Notes under the pieces: generated by a model
Database searches by the model: none
What the model was told of the DNA's origin: nothing
Seen by the model: only the letters and a program-made list of their open reading frames with translations
NCBI GenBank assembly: GCA_963976765.1
Contig: CAXBME010000020.1
Location: 62,001 to 126,000, forward strand
Length of the DNA stretch: 64,000 bases
Reading direction: 5' to 3'
DNA from: an uncultured Planctomycetaceae bacterium
GTDB lineage: Bacteria > Planctomycetota > Planctomycetia > Planctomycetales > Planctomycetaceae
Position numbers and translations under genes: made by a program
Shown here: piece after piece, positions 1 to 9,087 of the stretch
Numbering within the stretch: the first letter of the stretch is position 1
How the letters are laid out: the number at the start of each line of letters is the position of its first letter

Positions 1-2029
1 AGTCAAGCGGTTGACAAAAAAGGCCTTCTTCGCGCAACGCACTGGATGCCGTTCTCAGAAATTCGGTGGTTATCGACGACGCTGCAGCAGGAACACCCTG
101 CTGGTCAGATGAAGCGATAATGATGTCTGCTTCGGCAGGCGAAGTTCGCAACTTCAAAAGTGGTTCGGTCGTCTGGAGCGTGACTCGTGAATCGTCCAGT
201 GGGTTGTGCATCATTCGCTTGAATACATGCTCTGTTACTGCATCGATCGCTTTCTGGTCGGGTTCGGTGCAGACGATCGATTCAAGCGGGAAGGTAATGC
301 TTGTTTGAAGAACGGCTCCCGATCGAATGCCAAGCAGCAGCACTCGGGTTGGTCCTTCATGCATGACCATTGGCAGGATGGCCTGTAGTGACTCAGCCGA
401 CGGTTGAGTGCAGATCGCGGTGTCGCAACTGACCGACGAAACCGGCAGTCCCGACTTTCGAACCTGAACCTGCTGCCCTCGATACCGCCAGAAGGTCATT
501 GTGCCGTCGTGAGTTTCGGCTGTGGCGATGCAGCGGCCTTCGTCCAGGTGAGGAAGAATGTCGCTTCTGGCTTCGTGCTGATGAGCAACGAAGACAGCCG
601 TGTCGAACAGCAGTTTGGCAGAAATCTTTGGATCAAAACGATGAGCCAGAAATGGACCAGCCATGACGACAACACAGCAGATGGCCAGCGTCGGACGGAC
701 GATTGCCCGCGTCGATTCGTGCCAGATAATGGACGCCACCCCTGAAACGGCCAGAATTGTTGAAGCGACTACGATGATCGTTGGAATGCTGACCTGTCCG
801 ATGAGCAGCCAATGGAAGCTTGACCATCCGAGCGTCATTGCTGCGACAAGCGTTACGATTGCGCCGCTGCCGAGAGCTGCTTTGTCAGGTGACGTTGTAC
901 GATTTCCGGGCCATGCGAGGGCGGCTCCGGTCACCAGTCCCACGGGGGTCATACAGACGGCAAACACGAAGGCTCGAATTGTCCCGGCGAGCAGGATGGA
1001 AGGCACGCTTGAGTTTACAGCAAGGCACAGACTCACGATTGTCGGCCATAAGAAAAGCTGTACGACGGACCAGGCGGCTGCAATCAGCAGCAGGCTGGCT
1101 GTTGACGTTTTCGACGTTCTGGTCTGGTTCCATGCGAAACAGGCAGTGACGATCACGGTCGCGCTTTGTACGACCAGTTGCCACGCAGATGCGAAGAACA
1201 GCTGCCCACTGACACGGCTCAGCGAGGCGAAAAGAATTCCGCTCACAATGGCGAGCACGATGACCAATGCGAGTCTGGTAAGCGACCAATCGGTTGGTCC
1301 TGCAGGCTCGACCGATTGGGGGGGCGTCTGCGGCGAGTTTTCTTCCTCGTCGTTATTTTTTGTCACGGTCTGGTGAATTCGAAACGCGATGGTCAATTCG
1401 GTGGCGGAGCCGGTAATACCTATACACAAAGCAAGTAACGCGACTGCGCTCAAGCCCAACGTTCCGGACAGAGTTGTCATGGCGACTGCTGCTGAAATCG
1501 CGGCGATGCTGAGCTTACGGCTACCAGAAATTCCGACTCCTGCTGATTCTGATCGGGCTGCGAAGTGGGTGAAGAGAATTGTGAGGGAGAGAAACGGAAC
1601 AAACCAGGATGCCATGACTCCGCCGAAAAGGACCGTAATCTGCCCGGTTGTCGTATCAGGCAGATTCTGGCCGGACAGCAGGTCGATTGCCTCCCATCCC
1701 GTCGTGTAAAAGAGTCCCGGGAAAAGCACGGTCGCGGCAATAATCGTCTGCAGGGCGATCAGCAGGCTGGTTTGTTGAGCCGGTGATTTTGATAATTGGC
1801 TTCTGCCCAGCCATACTGATGCCGCGATACCGATCGAAAGCGTCAGCAGACCAGCCAGTGTGACAGCTGTCTGACTGAAGAGCGACGTCCCGAAACCGGC
1901 AAGCGCTTGCTGAATCCAGCACATGGCGAGAATGCCGCAAGCAGAACTCGTCAGGGCGGCGGCGGTTCGATCGTTCGTGAATCGCGCAGAGATTCGACTC
2001 GGGAGAGATTCAAGCGGCATAGCATCCAT
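1..2029 (-). CDS. Multi-pass membrane protein fused to a spermidine-synthase-like (SAM-dependent fold) domain; partial, runs off the left edge
   Basis: Absent from the ORF track. Manual minus-strand translation from ATG 2029 (alt. 2020) gives MDAMPLESLPSR..., many hydrophobic helices, then HEGPTRVLLLGIRSG...IVCTEPD...PLDDSRV...DIII...TTEFLRTASSALREEGLFCQ. Frame checked over much but not all of its length. Confidence 0.8.
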   Translation of the reverse strand, partial: MDAMPLESLPSRISARFTNDRTAAALTSSACGILAMCWIQQALAGFGTSLFSQTAVTLAGLLTLSIGIAASVWLGRSQLSKSPAQQTSLLIALQTIIAATVLFPGLFYTTGWEAIDLLSGQNLPDTTTGQITVLFGGVMASWFVPFLSLTILFTHFAARSESAGVGISGSRKLSIAAISAAVAMTTLSGTLGLSAVALLALCIGITGSATELTIAFRIHQTVTKNNDEEENSPQTPPQSVEPAGPTDWSLTRLALVIVLAIVSGILFASLSRVSGQLFFASAWQLVVQSATVIVTACFAWNQTRTSKTSTASLLLIAAAWSVVQLFLWPTIVSLCLAVNSSVPSILLAGTIRAFVFAVCMTPVGLVTGAALAWPGNRTTSPDKAALGSGAIVTLVAAMTLGWSSFHWLLIGQVSIPTIIVVASTILAVSGVASIIWHESTRAIVRPTLAICCVVVMAGPFLAHRFDPKISAKLLFDTAVFVAHQHEARSDILPHLDEGRCIATAETHDGTMTFWRYRGQQVQVRKSGLPVSSVSCDTAICTQPSAESLQAILPMVMHEGPTRVLLLGIRSGAVLQTSITFPLESIVCTEPDQKAIDAVTEHVFKRMMHNPLDDSRVTLQTTEPLLKLRTSPAEADIIIASSDQQGVPAAASSITTEFLRTASSALREEGLFCQPLD

Positions 2030-2255
2030 GCTTTATAACGGGAAACGGTTGCCTGGAACTCCTTCAGGACAAATGACTTGTAGCGGAATCCAGCATTTTC
2101 CGGCAAGGGAAGTCGTGCTGTTTGAAGTGCTGCCGCAACCGACTCACCGTGGCGTGCCGGTTGACTGGTGGTGGGCTTTATCGTTTAAGGTCGGAACTCG
2201 TGATCTTTCGCTGGTTTTGAACTTCTACCTTCACTCTTTACCGGAGCTGGCCGTG

Positions 2256-3662
2256 ATGACCGACTCTTATTGTCCGCACATGTATCGGCTTTCCTGGAAG
2301 TGCATCCTGTTGATCGCCAGCATTGTGATTCCGGGCGGATCACCCGCACACGCTCAGTTTGCCGGTGGCGGTCAGGGGGGCGGCAATCAGGGGAACAATC
2401 TGGGGGGCATCGCGATCGATGCGGTCGGAGTCGTGACTCCGGCATTTGTCAAAGAGACGACGTCCCGGCTCAACCGGAAGCGGCAGGAGGCTCTTGCCGC
2501 GGAACATCTTCCTGAGGATGTCAACGTGTCGAGCCCGTTGAGAAAGGTTTCGCTGGTCCGACTCGAGAAGATGAGTCGTGAATTCGCTGAACAGAAAAGG
2601 CACGTTCCAGTTGAGATGCAGTTTCTCGCCGGGCTGCAACGAATCGACTACGTGTTTGTTTACCCGGAGACAGGTGACATTGTGATTGCGGGGCCGGCAG
2701 AAGGGTTCGCCCCAAATATCATCGGTCGGGTTCTGGGGACGTCAACTGGTCGGCCTCCGCTGCGTCTCGACGATTTGATTGTTGCTCTGCGGACGGTGCC
2801 CGGGGCTTCGTTGATTGGATGCTCGATCGATCCGACGCAGGAAGGCCTGGTTCGCTTCAATGACTATGTGAAGAGGAACAGTTTTGCGACGACAGTTGCG
2901 GTGATCCAGCAGAGGTTTCGCGAGATGGCTCAGGCGATGGGCAACCAGGATGTTTCGGTTTTCGGCGTGCCGGCGAATTCGCACTTTGCAACCGTGCTGG
3001 TCGAAGCCGATTATCGGATGAAGCTGATGTCAGTCGGTCTGGAACGCCCGAAGATTCCCAAATGGAAGAGTCATCTGGAACTGGTCGGAAGCGGCGGAAA
3101 TACACTGCAACGCTGGTGGTTTACGCCGCGGTACGGCGCTTTTCGGCAGTCGGAGGACGGCAACGCCTTTCAGTTTTCAGGGCCACGAGTTCAATTGATG
3201 TCGCAGTCTGAGCAGGTCAGTGCTTCCGGAAAACGATCCGCAGCAGCCATGCAGGCTCAATCGATTGAGAAGTTCGCCAGGCAATTCACCGAGTGTTACG
3301 AAGATGTTGCGGAAGTCTCGCCAGTCTTTGCCGAGTTGCAGAACATTATTGATCTGGCGATTCTCGCGGCCTTATTTGAAAAGGAGCAGTTGCCTCAACG
3401 GGTCGGCTGGTCGATGTCGCTTTTTCTCGACAAAGATCAGGCGCCGTTAGCGACAGGGAACTCACCGTCGAAAGTCGCTTCAGTCTGCAATTACCGAAAA
3501 GCAGGCAGCAGCATCGTTGGCCTGGTGGGAGGCGGAGTGACGATCTCCCCCAATCAGTTACTGCGAGACGTTTCGTTCGACAGGCAGGGGAACCGCGAAC
3601 TGGAAAGTCGAGTTCGGGGTTCGGCGCCGCCCGCTGGGGTGAAAACCTGGTGGTGGGATTGA
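2256..3662 (+). CDS. DUF1598-like exported protein
   Basis: Signal peptide ending AHA-QF, Gly-rich linker, motifs GGIAIDAVGVV, LRKVSL, LAGLQRIDYVFVYPETGDIVIAGPAEG, LDDLIVALR, GCSIDPT, LVEADYRMK. Start moved from 1923 to ATG 2256 (GGAG upstream; alt. 2280), which avoids overlap with the divergent gene. Confidence 0.8.
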   Translation: MTDSYCPHMYRLSWKCILLIASIVIPGGSPAHAQFAGGGQGGGNQGNNLGGIAIDAVGVVTPAFVKETTSRLNRKRQEALAAEHLPEDVNVSSPLRKVSLVRLEKMSREFAEQKRHVPVEMQFLAGLQRIDYVFVYPETGDIVIAGPAEGFAPNIIGRVLGTSTGRPPLRLDDLIVALRTVPGASLIGCSIDPTQEGLVRFNDYVKRNSFATTVAVIQQRFREMAQAMGNQDVSVFGVPANSHFATVLVEADYRMKLMSVGLERPKIPKWKSHLELVGSGGNTLQRWWFTPRYGAFRQSEDGNAFQFSGPRVQLMSQSEQVSASGKRSAAAMQAQSIEKFARQFTECYEDVAEVSPVFAELQNIIDLAILAALFEKEQLPQRVGWSMSLFLDKDQAPLATGNSPSKVASVCNYRKAGSSIVGLVGGGVTISPNQLLRDVSFDRQGNRELESRVRGSAPPAGVKTWWWD

Positions 3663-3714
3663 AGTCTCGCGATGGTGCAAATCTCGTCGACGTTTTCGCA
3701 GCACTGGAAATGCA

Positions 3715-3751
3715 GAAACGCCCGAACAACCATTGGCTGTCCGGGCGTTTC
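3715..3751. terminator. Hairpin between convergent genes, likely bidirectional terminator
   Basis: GAAACGCCCGAACA...TGTCCGGGCGTTTC inverted repeat between stops at 3662 and 3789. Confidence 0.6.
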
Positions 3752-3788
3752 AGTTATTAAGTGACCAGGAAGTTGAATTCCCGATGCA

Positions 3789-4607
3789 CTACTTCAGTCG
3801 GAATGACAGTCCGATTCCACCGATGCGAGTGTGGATGTAAGAGCTGTCAGAGTGCCGGCTGTGTCCCAGGTCTCGGCTTCCTGGTCGAACGCTGCTGTGG
3901 CCATGTGAGTTGCTTCGGCCATCCCAACCGCCGCGCCCGAATGGCGAGCCGAAGTTTCGTGACGAAACTGGGCTTCGAGAAAAATCGTGACCGGGTCGCG
4001 TGTAGGTTCCCAGGGGTATGATCGGCCGAACTGGTTCGACCTGGATGTGAGAAGAGGTATGGCGATGTGAGGAATGTCGGCTGTGATGAAATTCTGCCAG
4101 AACCTTCTGCAGGTCGTCCCTCATTTCGTGGACCTCTTCGTCGATGTCTCGAATGCGTCGTTCCAGGCTCGCCAGGTTTGCCCGATCGACGCTTCGTGGT
4201 CGGCAGGACGCAAAGCTGCTGCTGAATCGGTGGACCGAGCAATTACTGCCGGACACCCACTCTCGCAGAACCAGAACTCCTTCCTCGACGTCATGGAACT
4301 GAACGTCGAGCTGCGATGCCATCGCGTCAATTCTCAGGACGTTGCCGCTGCATTTGGTCAGTTCGTGCAGTTCATGAGCAGTTCTAGCGATTCCGCAGAG
4401 TCCTTCCTGGAGGTATTGAACGATCGATGATGGTGCATGACGGAAGTTGTATTTGACAATCGCCTCCGCTCGTTCGGCTTCCCGCTCAATGTCGTGCGAA
4501 TGGTCGTCAATGTGTTCGTAGAGGCCAGCCTGTGCAGTTGCTCCAGTCAAACTGACTGCAAGGCCGAAGATCAATCCGTGGGCGAGTGTTGCGATTGCTG
4601 GTTTCAT
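3789..4607 (-). CDS. Exported His/Ser-rich hypothetical protein
   Basis: Start moved to ATG 4607 (AAGGAAG upstream). MKPAIATLAHGLIFGLAVSLTGATAQA is a Sec signal peptide, followed by a helical His-containing core and a low-complexity H/S/R/G tail ending GGIGLSFRLK. Confidence 0.8.
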   Translation of the reverse strand: MKPAIATLAHGLIFGLAVSLTGATAQAGLYEHIDDHSHDIEREAERAEAIVKYNFRHAPSSIVQYLQEGLCGIARTAHELHELTKCSGNVLRIDAMASQLDVQFHDVEEGVLVLREWVSGSNCSVHRFSSSFASCRPRSVDRANLASLERRIRDIDEEVHEMRDDLQKVLAEFHHSRHSSHRHTSSHIQVEPVRPIIPLGTYTRPGHDFSRSPVSSRNFGSPFGRGGWDGRSNSHGHSSVRPGSRDLGHSRHSDSSYIHTRIGGIGLSFRLK

Positions 4608-4686
4608 TTCATTCTTCCTTCCGAATTTGGGTGTTGCCCTTGTCGTTTTCCATTGTTGACTTGGCGGGGCGTTGAAAGCAGTCATC

Positions 4687-4701
4687 GCAAGAGGTGTGCC
4701 A
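4687..4701 (-). promoter_or_regulatory. Sigma54 (-24/-12) promoter
   Basis: Minus strand reads TGGCAC-ACCTC-TTGC, matching TGGCAC-N5-TTGC, 80 bp upstream of ATG 4607. Confidence 0.75.
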
Positions 4702-4733
4702 GAGATTTCCCTGAAAGGCTTTTTGTTATGCCT

Positions 4734-4758
4734 TAAGTGGCTTCGCTGTAATTAGTTA
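4734..4758. promoter_or_regulatory. Putative IHF-like site upstream of the sigma54 promoter
   Basis: TAAGT-N15-AGTTA quasi-palindrome containing AA-N4-TTA, 33-57 bp upstream of the -24 element, followed by an AT/GT-rich tract. Confidence 0.35.
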
Positions 4759-5049
4759 GGTGTGAGTTTGTTTTGTTTAGGTGTTTCGGTGCGGTCAATC
4801 TACTGTCTGCTGGGTGTCTATAAATTAAATTGATCTGGTTGATGGTTGTTTGTTGTTAATTTGATTTCAGGCTGAGTTTGCTGGTGAGTTTTTCATACAT
4901 TTCGAGGCACTTCTCATGCTTGCTGTGTTGAGGGCGGCTGGTGTTGTCTGGCCTGGCGATCTGCTAGGGTTTCGGCCTCTGGTCACTGGGTTTTCTATTT
5001 GAGATTCGCTTTGTGGCCTGTTCGAGATTTGCCGATTCGGAACCGCACC

Positions 5050-5907
5050 TTGCCACGTCACGATCCAGAGGTCCTTCGGGCCGTCAGTATGTACCAGCTT
5101 GGACTGCCGCGAATGCCGGTGGCCGGTCGGTCAGGCGAGTTGCTCGGGCGAGGCAATGGAACGTCGCTCGAATTTCAGGAGTACCGGGAGTACATGCCGG
5201 GTGACGATATCCGGCACCTCGACTGGTCAGCCTATGCTCGTTCCGATTCGTTGATGGTGCGGCTTTATCGGGAAGAGATCAGCCCGCGGATGGATGTGCT
5301 GCTTGACGTTTCGCGATCCATGTCCACGTCACCGGCGAAGATGCAGATCGCCCGGCAGTTGTCGGCCATGTTTGCGATGATGGCTGGCAGGACCGGCAGT
5401 CAGCCGTCAGTGTGGCTGGTGGGTGACGACGTTCCGGCTCCGTCTGTTCGTCTGGAGAATCTGGCAGCGCTCGACGACGTCCGGTTTCAGGCACTGGGCA
5501 GAATGGACGAGTTGCTGGCTGATCACGCGGTGCCTTTCAAGCGGCAGGCGATACGGGTTGTGATCAGCGATTTTCTGTTCCCTCACGAACCCGGCCAGCT
5601 GGTGCGGCGTTTGGCGGGCGATGCGAGTGTTCTGTGGATGATTCAGGTGTTGAATTCCTGGGAAGCGAACCCGGTTGCTGCGGGGGGAACTCGGCTGATC
5701 GACATCGAATCGGGGCACGAGACCGACGTCTATCTCAATCAGCAGACAATTGCCGGGTACAGGCGACGGTTGCAGGCACTTCAGGAAGAGACCGCTTTGC
5801 ACTGCCGGCGGCATCACGCGGTGCCGGTAACGCTGATCGCTGACGAGGGGCTGGCTGTTGCTTGTCGAGAAGAATTGTCTCGGGTCGAAATTCTGCGGGC
5901 ATCCTGA
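5050..5907 (+). CDS. DUF58 domain-containing protein
   Basis: GTSLEFQEYREYMPGDDIRHLDWSAYAR, LLDVSRSM, VISDFL. Start uncertain (TTG 4999 or 5050, ATG 5089). Confidence 0.9.
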   Translation: MPRHDPEVLRAVSMYQLGLPRMPVAGRSGELLGRGNGTSLEFQEYREYMPGDDIRHLDWSAYARSDSLMVRLYREEISPRMDVLLDVSRSMSTSPAKMQIARQLSAMFAMMAGRTGSQPSVWLVGDDVPAPSVRLENLAALDDVRFQALGRMDELLADHAVPFKRQAIRVVISDFLFPHEPGQLVRRLAGDASVLWMIQVLNSWEANPVAAGGTRLIDIESGHETDVYLNQQTIAGYRRRLQALQEETALHCRRHHAVPVTLIADEGLAVACREELSRVEILRAS

Positions 5908-5925
5908 ACGGAGGTTTCGAAAACG

Positions 5926-7791
5926 ATGGAGTTTGCAAATCCTCTGGGGCTGTTTGGTTTGTTGGCTTTGCCGACGATTCTGGCCATCCACCTGTTTCAT
6001 CGACGTTTCCCTCCGTTGCTGGTGGCCGGTCTGCATCTTTGGGGAGAGGAAGTTCGCGTCCCTACGGCTGGCCGAAAACGCGAGCAGTTGCCGATTTCGC
6101 GATCGCTCATTCTGGAGCTGCTGGCGGCTTTGTTGCTGACGATGGTGCTGGCTCAGCCTCGCGTCAGTGATTCGGGCACAGTTCTGCATCTGATTACGGT
6201 GCTGGATGATTCAGCGTCGATGTCAGCCGTCGGCGCGAACGGAACGTCGTCCCGTGATCGTGCGGTCGCCGAACTGGCTCGGCGCATGGAAGCGGCTCCT
6301 CGCGGCAGTCGGACGACGCTTATTCTCACTGGCCGGCGTCCGGTGATGCTCGCAGGGCCGGCTGTCGAGTGGGAAGTTGCCGAGGTCGCACTGTCCGGGT
6401 GGCAGCCAACGTTACCGGGGCATGACATTCTGCCGGCTCTCGATATGGCGGTTCAGCTTGCCGATAACGGCGGCGAAGTCCTGTTTATCAGTGATGCCAT
6501 GCCCGCAGACGATCAGCCATTTCCAAGCGAAGCGGAAGTTGTCGCGGTGGGAGAATCACTCAGCAATGTCGCGATTACGGCGGCACGCTGGACGGTCGAT
6601 TCCGCAACGCTTGTCGGACATGTTTTCCTGAGAGTCAAGAACGAAGGTCCGCGTCCGACCACTGTGACAGTTGAAGGGCGGTCGGGTGAAACGGTCGTGT
6701 TTCGTTCGAAGCTGGAACTTTCGCCAGCAGAAGAATTGCCGCTCGAAACCGAGGTTGCCGGGGGGCTCGGTCGGCTGGTCATAAGCGTCGACGCGGTGCG
6801 GGATTCGCTGGCGGCTGACAGTGTGGTCTCTCTGGTTGAACCTAAGGTCCGAACGGTTCGAGTCGCTGTTGATCTGCCAGCTGACCATTCCGCCGTCAGA
6901 CCGGTTCAGCGGGTTTTGAGCATCGCCTCGGACGTTGAAATTTCGGACACGGCGACGGCGCATGTGACGATCGCCAGTGCCGGGTCTCTGCCGGAGTCCC
7001 GGCGAAATCTTTGGTGGCTGGGCGTTGGCCCCATCGATTCCTCCGACGCTGCGGTGAAGGGGGCTCGTGATCTGCTCGGTCCGTACTTGAAGGAGAAACG
7101 CGATCCTTTGCTGGAAGGCGTGTCACTCGGCGGCGTGATCTGGGGCGGAGTCCAGCCGGTGAGTATTGCTGCGACGCCCGTCGTCAGTGCGGGCCGTGAG
7201 TTGCTGCTTGCTCGGTTGAACGGGACGCGGACGACGGCTCTGTTATTGAACATTGATCTCGCGCGGTCCAATCTGCCAGAGAGTCCTGACTGGCCGATTC
7301 TGATTAACAATCTCATTGAACAGCGTCGCCACAGCCTTCCTGGACTTCGGCGCTGGAATTATCGATTGAACGAAGACATCGAGTTTCGATTGTTCGAAGG
7401 TGTTGCCGAACCCGCTGAATCGTCGGGGCGAAGTCTTACTTTTCGATCAGTCGCTGACTCTGGCGGTGCAGCGGAGCCTGTCAGATCCGACGAGCGAAGC
7501 CTGGCTCGGACTGCAGTTGTAGAAATTCCGCCGCTCGACCAGACAGGCTTCTTTCAGGTGAATGACGGACCGGAAGTTCTCGGTGAGTTCGCGGTTAACT
7601 TCTTCGATCCCGAAGAGTCGAACCTGACGATGCGCCGGTCCGGCAGTCGCAAGCCGGTCGTTGACGATCAGGGGACAGCCTACTCGATCGACAACCCCAT
7701 CACCTGGGCCATTCTGGCGGGGCTCGTTCTGACCATGATTCTTGCGTTTGCGGACTGGTATGTAGTGGGGGCTCGAAGATCGACTGCCTGA
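5926..7791 (+). CDS. BatA N-terminal / von Willebrand factor A domain membrane protein
   Basis: MEFANPLGLFGLLALPTILAIHLF...LAQP BatA-type N-terminus, MIDAS-like DDSASM...ISDA, C-terminal NFFDPEESNL and a terminal TM helix. Confidence 0.88.
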   Translation: MEFANPLGLFGLLALPTILAIHLFHRRFPPLLVAGLHLWGEEVRVPTAGRKREQLPISRSLILELLAALLLTMVLAQPRVSDSGTVLHLITVLDDSASMSAVGANGTSSRDRAVAELARRMEAAPRGSRTTLILTGRRPVMLAGPAVEWEVAEVALSGWQPTLPGHDILPALDMAVQLADNGGEVLFISDAMPADDQPFPSEAEVVAVGESLSNVAITAARWTVDSATLVGHVFLRVKNEGPRPTTVTVEGRSGETVVFRSKLELSPAEELPLETEVAGGLGRLVISVDAVRDSLAADSVVSLVEPKVRTVRVAVDLPADHSAVRPVQRVLSIASDVEISDTATAHVTIASAGSLPESRRNLWWLGVGPIDSSDAAVKGARDLLGPYLKEKRDPLLEGVSLGGVIWGGVQPVSIAATPVVSAGRELLLARLNGTRTTALLLNIDLARSNLPESPDWPILINNLIEQRRHSLPGLRRWNYRLNEDIEFRLFEGVAEPAESSGRSLTFRSVADSGGAAEPVRSDERSLARTAVVEIPPLDQTGFFQVNDGPEVLGEFAVNFFDPEESNLTMRRSGSRKPVVDDQGTAYSIDNPITWAILAGLVLTMILAFADWYVVGARRSTA

Positions 7792-7873
7792 CGTCTGCCT
7801 GGAGTGTCCGGGGCTGAAATTGGGTGAGAAGTGCACTTTCTGACGGACTCAGCCACTACCATCCGGACGAACG

Positions 7874-7903
7874 TTGATTCTCGCTCCAAAGCGAGCCTAT
7901 ACT
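7874..7903 (+). promoter_or_regulatory. Sigma70-like promoter with palindromic spacer
   Basis: TTGATT-N18-TATACT; the spacer holds the CTCGCT-ccaa-AGCGAG inverted repeat; lies upstream of the ROK gene. Confidence 0.45.
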
Positions 7904-8012
7904 CGACCCACTTAATTCATCCTTAATCAATCTGTTGCGTTTGTCTTAATAATCCGCAACTTTCTTGATCGGAATGGACGCCGATTCAGTTGCGACTTCT
8001 GAAGGAAATTTC

Positions 8013-9074
8013 ATGTCCGGAGCAATCTCGCCGAAGGATCGGAACAAGGGCGTTCAGGAGTTCTTCGTCGGCGTCGATGTTGGTGGCACGAATATCAAAG
8101 CTGGCGTTGTCACGAGCAGTGGTCGGCCGCTTTCCAGCATCGTCCTGCCGACTGAAGCAGACAAAGGGCCGGAACACGGCCTGAAGAACATTCAGCATGC
8201 GGTTACAGAAGCGATCGAGCAAAGCCCGATTCGCATGCGGAATATCACGGCGATTGGTCTTGCTACGCCAGGAACACTGGATATTCCTAACGGAATTCTG
8301 ATGGAGCCGGCGAACCTTCCAAAGTGGCGACATATTCCGATCCGGCAGATCATCAGCGATCACTTTGACAAACCGGCGTCATTGCAGAACGATGCGAACG
8401 CTGCTGCTTATGGCGAGTTCTGGGGAGGGGCCGGGCAAGGTGCTCACACACTTGCTTTGTGGACGCTCGGTACTGGAGTCGGCTGCGGCTTGATTGTCGA
8501 CAGAAAAATTGTCGAAGGCGCTCATTCTCACGGTGGCGAATGCGGTTTCCTCTACATTCAGATGGAGAACGGTCGCCCCTGTGCGACAGGGATGAAGGGA
8601 ACCCTGGAAGCATATGCTGGTGCCGCAGGATTTGTGATCCGTGCGCAGGATGCTCTCGATGCTGGCGCCCCCTCATCGTTGTTGAGAGAGCTGGTGGAGT
8701 CCGGTTCAGAGTTGACGCCGCTCCTGATTGCTGATGCCGCGACGGCAGGTGATCCGCTCGCTCTGCAACTGATTGACGATACCGCGAAGTTTATGGCGTA
8801 CGGCACGGCCAACCTGATGCACACGATCGATCCGGACGTCGTACTCTTCGGAGGCAACGTGACTTTCGGGCGGAACGAAACAGAACTCGGTCGGCGATTC
8901 ATCGGACGCATCCGCGACGAGATCAAAGAACTTTCGTTTCCGGTTCCGTCGTCAAATATACGGATCGACTATGCAAGCCTGGGCGGAAGTGCTGGCTTCA
9001 TCGGTGCGGCAGGTTGTGCCTGGAGTCAGTTTGGTGTTGAAGCCGTCGCGCGGTCTCAGTGCCACGCGTCATGA
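8013..9074 (+). CDS. ROK family sugar kinase (glucokinase-like)
   Basis: GVDVGGT, NDANAAAYGEFW, TLGTGVGCG, GECG, LEAYAG; no N-terminal HTH. ATG 8013 has AAGGA upstream. Confidence 0.9.
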   Translation: MSGAISPKDRNKGVQEFFVGVDVGGTNIKAGVVTSSGRPLSSIVLPTEADKGPEHGLKNIQHAVTEAIEQSPIRMRNITAIGLATPGTLDIPNGILMEPANLPKWRHIPIRQIISDHFDKPASLQNDANAAAYGEFWGGAGQGAHTLALWTLGTGVGCGLIVDRKIVEGAHSHGGECGFLYIQMENGRPCATGMKGTLEAYAGAAGFVIRAQDALDAGAPSSLLRELVESGSELTPLLIADAATAGDPLALQLIDDTAKFMAYGTANLMHTIDPDVVLFGGNVTFGRNETELGRRFIGRIRDEIKELSFPVPSSNIRIDYASLGGSAGFIGAAGCAWSQFGVEAVARSQCHAS

Positions 9075-9087
9075 AGTGATTTTGAAT

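Noticed and set aside
66..1786. Several + strand ORFs (404-745, 663-1376, 1389-1709 and others)
   Set aside because: Antisense shadows of the real minus-strand membrane gene at 1..2029; no recognisable motifs.
2150..2165. TGGCGT-N5-TTGA upstream of DUF1598 as a sigma54 promoter
   Set aside because: The -12 element is GA rather than GC; too weak to call.
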